Part shown: positions 7,333 through 15,302 of the stretch, one piece after another
How positions within the stretch are numbered: the first letter of the stretch is position 1
How the letters are laid out: each line of letters begins with the position of its first letter
Assembly: GCA_018895275.1 (NCBI GenBank)
Contig: JAHIOQ010000032.1
Coordinates: 176-64,175, forward strand
Direction: 5' to 3'
DNA: 64,000 nucleotides
Origin: Candidatus Omnitrophota bacterium
GTDB taxonomy: Bacteria; Omnitrophota; Gorgyraeia; B26-G9
Notes under the pieces: model-generated
Seen by the model: the letters and a program-made list of their open reading frames with translations, nothing else
Database searches by the model: none
What the model was told of the DNA's origin: nothing
Made by a program: the position numbers and the translations under genes

Positions 7333-7408
7333 GAAAATGGAATTGGTACAATTATGACGGATAGCCCTGGTAGAATTTTTAACATGTAGTCCATGTAGAG
7401 CATATAGG
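7333..7408 (+). repeat. right copy of the 75-bp inverted repeat pair
   Basis: See 4401..4475. This copy carries an in-frame stop where the left copy has the 60-aa ORF 4299..4481, which argues that the repeat is non-coding. Confidence 0.85.
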
Positions 7409-7418
7409 CCTTATCGAA

Positions 7419-7457
7419 TGAAATTAATCAGAAGAGTCCAACTCAATTAAGAAAGAA
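7419..7457 (+). repeat. 39-bp conserved intergenic motif, copy 1
   Basis: TGAAATTAATCAGAAGAGTCCAACTCAATTAAGAAAGAA matches 33956-33994 at 37 of 39 positions. Confidence 0.85.
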
Positions 7458-7628
7458 CCAAAATAATTTCGTCAGCGCCGAATTTGACAAAGAGCAGGAA
7501 TTAAGGTATACTACTTACTTAGTTATACTCACTTAGGCTATAAATAGCGTTTATTTTGCTGGACGCATAAACTTTAAACGTGTATAATTTTCAGTAGACT
7601 TAAAAATTATCAAAGCAAGGAGGCTGTC

Positions 7629-8096
7629 ATGATAAAAATTGAGTTCACTGAAAAAGAAAAAGAAATATTAAATTATGAGCGCTATCATCACCCCCATCCG
7701 CGCGTCCAACGAAAAATGGAGGCCTTATGGTTAAAAAGCCAAGGAGAATCGCGTAAACGAATCGCAAAATTAACAGGAGTGTCAGTTAATATTGTTACCC
7801 AATATATTAAAGAATACAAAGCAGGCGGTATCGAAAAATTAAAAGAAATTCATTTTTATAAACCGCAAAGTCAATTAAATGAATACATAATCACAATTGA
7901 AAATTATTTTCAAGAGCATCCTCCTGCAACCGTTAAAGAAGCGATGGCAAAAATTAAGGAACTTACCGGCATTAAACGCAGTGAGGTGCAAATTTGGAAA
8001 TTTATTAAACGCATTGGATTAAAATGTCGAAAAGTAGGCATGATTCCCTCGAAAGTCGATATTGAAAAACAGGAAAACTTTAAAAAAAAGAGTTAG
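7629..8096 (+). CDS. IS630-family transposase, OrfA (HTH DNA-binding part)
   Basis: 155-aa ORF with helix-turn-helix-like segments (RKRIAKLTGVSVNIVTQYIKEY; EVQIWKFIKRIGLKCRKV). It ends just after the slippery A_AAA_AAG at 8084-8090. Confidence 0.8.
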   Translation: MIKIEFTEKEKEILNYERYHHPHPRVQRKMEALWLKSQGESRKRIAKLTGVSVNIVTQYIKEYKAGGIEKLKEIHFYKPQSQLNEYIITIENYFQEHPPATVKEAMAKIKELTGIKRSEVQIWKFIKRIGLKCRKVGMIPSKVDIEKQENFKKKS

Positions 8097-8671
8097 AACC
8101 TCGTCTTAAAGAAGCAAAAAAAGGAACCCGAACCGTTTTTTTTGTTGATGCTGCACATTTTGTTTTAGCGCCTTTTTTAGGATACCTGTGGAGTAGGACG
8201 CGATTATTTCTAAAGGCTCCATCTGGAAGGCAACGGTTTAATGTTTTAGGAGCCCTTAATGCTGTTACGCATGAGTTGATTGCCATCACCAATGACGCTT
8301 ATATCAACTCTCAAAGTGTTTGTGATTTATTATGGAAAATTGCTCATTTAAACTTAAAGACACCTATTACCCTTGTGTTAGATAATGCTCGCTATCAAAG
8401 GTGTAATCTTGTTAAGCAATTTGCAAAGCAGCTTGATATTGAACTTCTGTTTTTGCCAGCATATTCACCGAATCTCAATCTTATTGAACGGCTTTGGAAA
8501 TTTGTCAAAAAGCAATGTTTGTATTCAAAGTATTATTCAGAGTTTGAAAGTTTTAAAAACGCTATCAGCGATTGTCTGGGTAAGACCCATTTAACTTATA
8601 AACGAGAACTTGATTCCCTATTGACTCTCAATTTTCAGATATTTAAGAAAGCACAATTTGTGACCTTTTAA
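8084..8671 (+). CDS. IS630-family transposase, OrfB (DDE catalytic part, reached by a -1 frameshift)
   Basis: The -1 frame is open from 8066. Translation KKELEPRLKEAKKGTRTVFFVDAAHF...LVLDNARYQ...LPAYSPNLNLIERLW shows the D, D, E triad pattern of IS630. The ORF track only shows it from TTG 8276. Confidence 0.75.
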   Translation, partial: KKELEPRLKEAKKGTRTVFFVDAAHFVLAPFLGYLWSRTRLFLKAPSGRQRFNVLGALNAVTHELIAITNDAYINSQSVCDLLWKIAHLNLKTPITLVLDNARYQRCNLVKQFAKQLDIELLFLPAYSPNLNLIERLWKFVKKQCLYSKYYSEFESFKNAISDCLGKTHLTYKRELDSLLTLNFQIFKKAQFVTF

Positions 8672-8779
8672 GGTATACCTTGATTTTTTTTTGAATGCTG
8701 TGTTTAAAAAAATGCACATTCGGCTGTATCTGTAAAGCTAAATATACACTCTTTTTAATAAACGTACCGGAGAATTGAT

Positions 8780-9652
8780 ATGCGGGAAAAAGGCATCACC
8801 CAGACAGGGGTTATAAAAAAGGCACTTGGAACCGGATTTCAGGCTATGGCTGATTTTCCGCAAATAGTGTATCCTTTCGCGATTATTGCGGTTATTGAGG
8901 TTATCGGCTTATTGCTGATCTTCGCGGCACTTCAGCCGCCTTTTGTTAAATACAGTATGCCGATTATTGAGCGCTTCTGGGGAGCGAAGTTTCTGCATTA
9001 TCCGCTGATACTTTTGTTGTTGTCTCATCTGCACTATTATTTCCAGACGGTTGTTGCTGTTTTTTGCGGGGCTTTTGCCTCGGGAATGACAATTAGCGCG
9101 TTTAAGCAGTATAAACAGGAAAAATTTATTACTTTGCGGTCTGCCGCGCGTGATGCCTTGCACAGCTATTGGCACCTCTTGGCGATTAATCTAATTGTGT
9201 TTGCCCTGGTGCAGTGTGCCTTTGTGTTTAAACGGCAGGCAGTATTTAAGATGATACTCGCGATGCGGAATCATTTTGGGGACGAGGGGAATTGGATGCT
9301 TATCCATGCGACAGCAGCGCTATTTATCGGCGCTGTTGTGCAAAGTTTGTTTGTTTTTGCCCAGCCGGCGGTTGTGATTGAAGGGAAAAATTTTATTTCA
9401 GCTATTTTTAAAAGCCTTATCTTAACTTTAAAGAATTTATGGGTGACGTTTGTATTGGTAATTTTTCCTTTGAGCTTATTTTTACCTATTGCTTTGTTAA
9501 AGAACAAGTTATTGTTTTTGATGCAAAGGTTTGTTCCGGAGGTGATTTTTCTCGTTTTGGCGGCGGGGATTTTACTTTCTTTTTTTCTAAACGCGGGGAT
9601 AACAATTATGGTTAGCGCCGGCTACTTTATTATAAAGGATGAGAGAGCATGA
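8780..9652 (+). CDS. polytopic membrane protein, unknown function
   Basis: 290-aa ORF with 6 or more hydrophobic segments and an RBS GGAGAA. It overlaps the next gene by 4 nt (ATGA). Confidence 0.7.
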   Translation: MREKGITQTGVIKKALGTGFQAMADFPQIVYPFAIIAVIEVIGLLLIFAALQPPFVKYSMPIIERFWGAKFLHYPLILLLLSHLHYYFQTVVAVFCGAFASGMTISAFKQYKQEKFITLRSAARDALHSYWHLLAINLIVFALVQCAFVFKRQAVFKMILAMRNHFGDEGNWMLIHATAALFIGAVVQSLFVFAQPAVVIEGKNFISAIFKSLILTLKNLWVTFVLVIFPLSLFLPIALLKNKLLFLMQRFVPEVIFLVLAAGILLSFFLNAGITIMVSAGYFIIKDERA

Positions 9653-10485
9653 GCAAAAAAACGATTCGTTTTTTAGCGCTTATTACGGTATTAATGCTCT
9701 CAGGATGCGGTCAGCAGTATATGCTGGAACGGATGATCTGGCAGGCGGATAAAATGGCCGAGAATATTTTGGCTAGCAGTGATACGGCTGCGCCTTATGT
9801 CTACAATAAAACAGTTGCTTTATACGAAACGGTAATAGCAAAAACTCAGGATCCGCAACTTTTGCTGAATGCGCAATTTAAGTTGGGTAAACTGCATACG
9901 GCGCAAAAATCATTTGACAAGGCCCGGGATATATATGATAAAATTTTTATATCTCACCAGGGACGGCAGGAAGTGAGTGCGCTTGCCTTATTTTCCAAGG
10001 GCCAGACGTTTGAGTTAGAAGGAAAGTGGCCTGAGGCTCTGGCAATATTCGATGAAATTATAAAGAAGTATCGCAATACGGCGCAAGGTTTGAATGTGCC
10101 CTTATATATCGCGCGCTATTATGGAGGAAAGGACGATCCGGTTGCGGCGCGTGCCGCATACGCGCGTGCGGTATCATATTATGAGGGGATAGCACAGGAG
10201 TATCCAAACACAAAGATCGCTTTGCTGGCCTACAATCTTATTGTGCGTACGTATGTGGAACAGAACGATTGGCAGGGGGCGGTACGGTATATAGAAGGGC
10301 TTGATGCTAAATACTCTATCGGGCCGGAAACGCTTTTTGTCCTGGGCGGGATTTACAGCAAAAGGCTCGATAATCCCGGAGCGGCGCTGGCAACTTATAA
10401 GAAAATTCTTGAACGTTTTCCCGATTTTGCGAATAAGGCTCAAGTTGAAAAAGAGATCGAGCAATTATCTAACGGGGGGGGATAA
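9649..10485 (+). CDS. TPR-repeat lipoprotein
   Basis: Lipobox LMLSGC after a signal peptide. Repeated TPR-like helices (ALYETVIAK.., AIFDEIIKKY.., ARAVSYYEGIAQEYP.., LATYKKILERFP). Confidence 0.75.
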   Translation: MSKKTIRFLALITVLMLSGCGQQYMLERMIWQADKMAENILASSDTAAPYVYNKTVALYETVIAKTQDPQLLLNAQFKLGKLHTAQKSFDKARDIYDKIFISHQGRQEVSALALFSKGQTFELEGKWPEALAIFDEIIKKYRNTAQGLNVPLYIARYYGGKDDPVAARAAYARAVSYYEGIAQEYPNTKIALLAYNLIVRTYVEQNDWQGAVRYIEGLDAKYSIGPETLFVLGGIYSKRLDNPGAALATYKKILERFPDFANKAQVEKEIEQLSNGGG

Positions 10486-10490
10486 CTGGA

Positions 10491-10535
10491 CGAAGTCCGA
10501 GGGACGAAGTAAAACAACCGAAGTCCGAGGGACGA
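10491..10535. repeat. two copies of the 17-mer CGAAGTCCGAGGGACGA (ACGAAG-word repeat family)
   Basis: Copies at 10491-10507 and 10519-10535. A related string CCGAAGTCCGAAGGACGATCG lies at 33632-33652. Confidence 0.9.
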
Positions 10536-10572
10536 TCGTTCGTTGCGCTCACTAAGACGAAGGACGGAAATT

Positions 10573-10600
10573 AGCTCATGGCTGATGGCTCATGGCTCAT
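10573..10600. repeat. heptamer array AGCTCAT GGCTGAT GGCTCAT GGCTCAT
   Basis: Direct reading. Same family as 118-148 and 2774-2843. Confidence 0.9.
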
Positions 10601-10690
10601 AGACAAAGGATGAAGTAAACTAACAAAAAAGCTTCAAGCCGCAGGCTGCTGTTATCAGGGAAAAATAGAGGTGGAAGGTGTTTCTCATGG

Positions 10691-11884
10691 ATGAGCCGAA
10701 TTTACACCCAGGATTCGGATGGGAGGGTAGTCATGAGAACACATATCTTAGTTACTGATGAGGATAAACAGATAAAAATGATTATAGATAAAATAACGGA
10801 TGGTAACGCCAAAAACTTCGGGGATAAAACAAATACATGTTTTGAAGGAAAACGTAAGTTGCCTTTTGATATGCAGCGCCATAAGTTTCATACCGTAATC
10901 GGTAAAGATGAGAAGATGCAGAAGATTTATTCCATGATTGAAGCAATTGCCGATACTCCTTCAACGGTAATGATTTGCGGAGAAAGCGGTACGGGTAAAA
11001 GAATGATCGCGCAGGCCATCCATCAGGCGGATACGTACCGCTGCAATAAGCCGTTTATTGAAATAAGCTGCGGGGCGCTGCCGGAGACGCTTTTGGAAAG
11101 TGAACTGTTCGGCCATGTTAAGGGCGCCTTTACCGGAGCGATTAAAGATCGGGCCGGCAGATTTGAGCTCGCGAACGGAGGAACTTTATTACTGGATGAG
11201 ATCGATACATGCTCGCCGAGTTTGCAGGTTAAATTACTGCGGGTATTGGAAGAAGGCGGGTATGAACGGGTGGGGGATACAAGGACGTTTAAATCCGATG
11301 TGCGGATTATCGCGGCAACGAATCAAAATCTTGAAGAGCTTGTAAAAAGGAAGAGCTTTCGCGGGGATTTGTTCTGGAGGATTAATGTGATAAGTATTAA
11401 TTTGCCTCCGTTACGGGAGCGCCCGGGAGATATCTCGCTGCTCGCGAGTCATTTCCTGAATAAATATAACCTGATGCGTAAGCCGCGCAACGGAATGTTT
11501 ATTGAAAATGTTTCAGAGGAAGCAATGCAGGCGATGATGCTGTATTCATGGCCGGGAAATATCCGGGAACTGGAAAACACGATTGAAAGAGCGTGTATTT
11601 TGGTTAACACCAATACGATCCAATTGAAAGATTTGCCGGATTCAATCCGCAATAACAGCTGCCCGCTCAAAGAGGAAGCTTCGAAGAGCAGTTTTTCTTT
11701 AAAAGACGCTCTGAAGCACCCGGAAAGGGATATCGTGATTAATGCTCTGGAGCATACGAATTGGAATTGTACGAGAACCGCGGCGTATCTGGGCATTAAC
11801 CGTACGACACTCTACAATAAGATGAAGCTTTACAATATAAAGCGAAGCAAGGAAAAAGGATTTGACGGCAACGGTAATTTTTAG
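10691..11884 (+). CDS. sigma-54-dependent transcriptional activator (bEBP) lacking a full receiver domain
   Basis: AAA+ core with Walker A GESGTGKRM, the sigma-54 contact motif GAFTGA, and ELENTIERA. C-terminal Fis-type HTH (TRTAAYLGINRTTLYNKMK). The N-terminal region is only about 80 aa, with a vestigial HILVTDEDK string. Confidence 0.88.
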   Translation: MSRIYTQDSDGRVVMRTHILVTDEDKQIKMIIDKITDGNAKNFGDKTNTCFEGKRKLPFDMQRHKFHTVIGKDEKMQKIYSMIEAIADTPSTVMICGESGTGKRMIAQAIHQADTYRCNKPFIEISCGALPETLLESELFGHVKGAFTGAIKDRAGRFELANGGTLLLDEIDTCSPSLQVKLLRVLEEGGYERVGDTRTFKSDVRIIAATNQNLEELVKRKSFRGDLFWRINVISINLPPLRERPGDISLLASHFLNKYNLMRKPRNGMFIENVSEEAMQAMMLYSWPGNIRELENTIERACILVNTNTIQLKDLPDSIRNNSCPLKEEASKSSFSLKDALKHPERDIVINALEHTNWNCTRTAAYLGINRTTLYNKMKLYNIKRSKEKGFDGNGNF

Positions 11885-11920
11885 GATAATAATCACAAAA
11901 TTTAATTGAGGTGTTGTTGA

Positions 11921-11970
11921 TTGAGGTTACTTTAGGTTGCTTGAGGTTCCTTAATGTTTCTTAAGGTTGC
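11921..11970. repeat. five phased decamers TTRAGGTTNC
   Basis: TTGAGGTTAC TTTAGGTTGC TTGAGGTTCC TTAATGTTTC TTAAGGTTGC with an exact 10-nt period. A further ATTGAGGTGTT lies at 11905-11915. Confidence 0.85.
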
Positions 11971-11994
11971 CCCATCTGTTTCATCCTATGAGCT

Positions 11995-12023
11995 AAGATT
12001 TAGCCCCTACGGGGCTAAATCTT
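11995..12023. other. 13-bp perfect hairpin enclosing the helicase stop codon between convergent genes
   Basis: AAGATTTAGCCCC (11995-12007), loop TAC, GGGGCTAAATCTT (12011-12023). No adjacent U-tract on either strand, so terminator function is uncertain. Confidence 0.5.
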
Positions 12024-14166
12024 GTGCTTCCACTTGTTTTTTTATGTTGGCGGCAATCTCTTTACCGATAGTCGGAATCTTTTGTAATGATTCTAAAGGC
12101 GCGTTTTTAAGCTGCGCGATGTTTTTATAGCCTTTCCCAAATAGATTGCGGGCGCGCATCCTGCCGATTCCCTTTAGATTTACAAGTTCGATAAGCTCCG
12201 GCTTGATTCCGTATTTCATCTGTGTCCTTAATGTCTGCACTAATTTTATCCCGGGAATCTTGAGCAGTTTGGCTAATTCGATTGCCGCGTAGAGCAGCCA
12301 TTCGGCGGTTTCAACAAAACGGTGCACGTCGCCGGGGCCGATATTAAAAATCTCACAGATATTTTCTTCTTTTTCTTCATTCATCCAGAGGGATAACATC
12401 CATACGGTTTTAATCTTTGCCAGATGGGAATTGAAGTCATCGCTTAAGGGCAGAGGCAGTTCAAAATCTTCGTTATGCGCATCGGCAAAGGGAAGTACTT
12501 TTTCCAAGTCGGCTTTGTTTAAAGCGAGTACGCTCATATCCGGAACGGAACAAATAAGATACAAAAGTTTTAATGACGATATGTGTTCGTTCGTTTCCTG
12601 TAAGCAGTCGCGGATGATTACGGCACTGATGGGGTCAAGATAAAGGCGGCTGATTCTTGCCCCGAATGCCGTAGCCAGCAGCGAGTCATTTTTCTTTTGG
12701 ATCATTTTTTCCCGCGCTAAAAATTCGATGATTTCAATGACCATGTCGGAAATGTCGTAACGCTTCTGCTGATAAGAAAAGAACGTCTTTTGAATGAATT
12801 CGAACGCGCTGTTTATACTGGTGATAAAACCGGTGGCAATGGATGCGAGAAGGTGGGTTCTCAAGGCGGTTTCATTGCCAAGCTGCGAGGCTATCGGTTC
12901 GGCGTCGGCAAAAATGAAATCAGTAAACAAGCTGTTTTGCTCTCTCTGGCTTTTGGAAACAAGGATTGCTTCTCCATACGTATCGTATTTAGGCCGGCCG
13001 GCGCGGCCGCTCATTTGCTTATATTCCATGACGCTGATCGGCCGCATGCCCAGGCCTGAGACATAGCGGTAAAGCCCGCGGATGATTGCCCGCCGGGAAG
13101 GGAGGTTGACTCCTACGGCAAGGGTCGGGGTCGCGCAGATAACTTTTATGGTGTTGCCGCGGAAATTGTCTTCGATCAGTTTGCGGTGCGTATGGTGAAG
13201 CCCGGCATGATGAAATACAACGCCGCTTTGCAGGCATTCACTCAGTTGTTTGCTTAATTTTGTCGTTTCTCCGCTATCATTGTCGACTTTTTCCGAGAGG
13301 GATTTTAGGCGTATGCGTTCATCATTTGATAGTACGCGGTGCATTTGTTTGGCGATGCGCCGGGCTTCTGCTTGCGCGGATTTCCTCGTATTGACAAAGA
13401 CCAAGGCTTGTCCCTGTTCCTTGATGCAATCAATGGCAAGCGCGGCGATATCGTCATCTTCTGCGGTGGAGGTGTCTATTTGCTTTGAAGTGCCGTCGGC
13501 AAATTTTACCGTACCTTGGTAATAGACCCCTTCTTTTAAGGCTACCGGCCGCCATGTGCTGGTAACCAGGTTGGCGTTTAACCAGCCGGCGATGGTGTGC
13601 GCATTGGCGATGGTCGCGCTGAGCCCGAGAATTTTTAATTGGGGATTAATCGTAAGCAGCCGGGTAATCACGGTTTCCAGTGTCGGGCCGCGGTGCGGAT
13701 CTCCGATATAATGTATTTCGTCGACAATAACACAGGCAAGCCGCGAGCACAGCCAGGAGGGGTCCTGGCGTAAAAGCGAATCGACCTTCTCCGCGGTAGC
13801 GATAAGAATGTCGTTTTTTGTGAGGCGCCGGTCTACGTAATCATAATCTCCGGTAGCGATGCCGACGCTAACATTGAGCGAAGTGTAGCGTTCTTTAAAA
13901 TCGTCATGTTTTTCCGAGGCAAGCGCGCGCATGGGGACAATATAAAGGCAGTTGCCTTTTCCCGAGAGTATTGTTTGCAGCATTACAAGTTCGGCCAGCA
14001 ATGTCTTTCCGGCAGCGGTCGGCATGGAAAGGACCATGTTTTTTGGGGATAGCAGCCCTTTTGCAACTGCTTCTGCCTGCGGCGGATACAGATTTTTTAT
14101 CCCGTTTTTGCTGAGTACTTCGCGAAGATTTTCCGGAAGCAGGTCAATATTTGTTTTTTTGTTCAT
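12007..14166 (-). CDS. Hel308/Ski2-like superfamily-2 DNA helicase
   Basis: 719 aa with motif I PTAAGKT, motif II DEIH, SAT, and QMSGRAGR. The C-terminal helix-hairpin-helix LKGIGRMRARNLF gives the archaeal/eukaryotic Hel308 domain order. Confidence 0.8.
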   Translation of the reverse strand: MNKKTNIDLLPENLREVLSKNGIKNLYPPQAEAVAKGLLSPKNMVLSMPTAAGKTLLAELVMLQTILSGKGNCLYIVPMRALASEKHDDFKERYTSLNVSVGIATGDYDYVDRRLTKNDILIATAEKVDSLLRQDPSWLCSRLACVIVDEIHYIGDPHRGPTLETVITRLLTINPQLKILGLSATIANAHTIAGWLNANLVTSTWRPVALKEGVYYQGTVKFADGTSKQIDTSTAEDDDIAALAIDCIKEQGQALVFVNTRKSAQAEARRIAKQMHRVLSNDERIRLKSLSEKVDNDSGETTKLSKQLSECLQSGVVFHHAGLHHTHRKLIEDNFRGNTIKVICATPTLAVGVNLPSRRAIIRGLYRYVSGLGMRPISVMEYKQMSGRAGRPKYDTYGEAILVSKSQREQNSLFTDFIFADAEPIASQLGNETALRTHLLASIATGFITSINSAFEFIQKTFFSYQQKRYDISDMVIEIIEFLAREKMIQKKNDSLLATAFGARISRLYLDPISAVIIRDCLQETNEHISSLKLLYLICSVPDMSVLALNKADLEKVLPFADAHNEDFELPLPLSDDFNSHLAKIKTVWMLSLWMNEEKEENICEIFNIGPGDVHRFVETAEWLLYAAIELAKLLKIPGIKLVQTLRTQMKYGIKPELIELVNLKGIGRMRARNLFGKGYKNIAQLKNAPLESLQKIPTIGKEIAANIKKQVEAQDLAP

Positions 14167-14322
14167 TTTTTTATTATAATATATAAATTTATAATGTGGT
14201 TAAATACCTGGCCTTATAGTTATAACACGTTCGGTTTAAATTCTCAAGACTTTTGCTGTTTATTTTCGTATGTTTATTTTCGTGTTGACTACCCGGATAC
14301 TTTGTAGTATCTTATATGTGCT

Positions 14323-15294
14323 ATGAAAAGTAAGCTGATTACATATACAAAGAGGCCGCGATTAAAAAGCCCGTATCTTATTGCCGCCTGGCCGGGAATG
14401 GGGAATGTGGCGGTGCGGGCCGTAGAGTTCCTCTGGGAAAAGCTGCGGCCGGTGGAATTCGCGGAGATAACCGCGGATGGCTTTTTTTCGCCGCATGAGG
14501 CATGGATCGTAAACAGCCAGGTTGAATTTCCGCGCTTGCCGACGGGAAAATTCTATTATTGGAGAAATCCTTCCGGAAAACATGATTTGATTATATTTTT
14601 ATGCGAGGCACAGCCGGCACAGGAAAAAGGGTATGATTACGCGAAACTTGTTTTGGACATAGCCGTACTGTTTAAAGCAAGACGTATATTTACGTTTGCT
14701 TCGATGCCGTCCCCGATAGATCATTTGCAGGTACCTAAGGTATGGACCACCGCCACGGATAAAAAGATATTAAAGGAGTTATCTAAACTGGAGGTTAGCT
14801 TTTTGCGTACGGGGCAGATAAGCGGCCTTAACGGGCTGTTGCTCAGCGTGGCTAAAGAACGCCGCATAGAAGCTGTGTGTTTTTTGGCGGAGATACCGCT
14901 TTATGCCATACAAATTGAAAATCCCCGGGCGTCGAAAGCCGTGCTGTCCGCTTTTTCCCGGCTGCTGAATCTGGCGCTGGATTTTAGCGGCCTTGACGAA
15001 CAGATCAAGATTATTGAGGATGAGATTGAAAAGCTGATTGATTACTTTAAATCAGGAACGGTCCCGGGCCCGATAAGCGAAGAAGAGGTTGAAAAAATTA
15101 AGCAGACATTGGCCGCGGTTACCAGGTTGCCGGAATCGGCCAGAACAAAAATCGAAGAGTTGTTTAAAAACGCGGAAAAAGATATCTCCAGAGCCAATGA
15201 ATTAAAGCAGGAATTGGATCGATGGCATATTTATAAAGATTATGAGGACAGATTCCTGGATTTGTTCCGGACGCGGAGAAAGGATAATAACTAA
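14323..15294 (+). CDS. PAC2 (proteasome assembly chaperone 2-like) family protein with a coiled-coil tail
   Basis: The N-terminal LIAAWPGMGNVAVRAVEFL pattern and overall alpha/beta layout resemble PAC2/DUF75. The C-terminal 80 aa are charged and helical. Confidence 0.55.
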   Translation: MKSKLITYTKRPRLKSPYLIAAWPGMGNVAVRAVEFLWEKLRPVEFAEITADGFFSPHEAWIVNSQVEFPRLPTGKFYYWRNPSGKHDLIIFLCEAQPAQEKGYDYAKLVLDIAVLFKARRIFTFASMPSPIDHLQVPKVWTTATDKKILKELSKLEVSFLRTGQISGLNGLLLSVAKERRIEAVCFLAEIPLYAIQIENPRASKAVLSAFSRLLNLALDFSGLDEQIKIIEDEIEKLIDYFKSGTVPGPISEEEVEKIKQTLAAVTRLPESARTKIEELFKNAEKDISRANELKQELDRWHIYKDYEDRFLDLFRTRRKDNN

Positions 15295-15302
15295 ATCTGT
15301 AA

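Larger units (their letters stand above)
7502..8681 (+). mobile_element. IS630/Tc1-mariner family insertion sequence (about 1.18 kb)
   Basis: Two-frame transposase with an HTH N-terminus and a DDE C-terminus. Short inverted termini AAGGTATAC (7502-7510) / GTATACCTT (8673-8681). The boundaries are approximate. Confidence 0.7.

Noticed and set aside
11995-12023. Calling the 13-bp hairpin a rho-independent terminator.
   Set aside because: There is no U-tract immediately 3' of the stem on either strand. I recorded it only as a hairpin of uncertain function.
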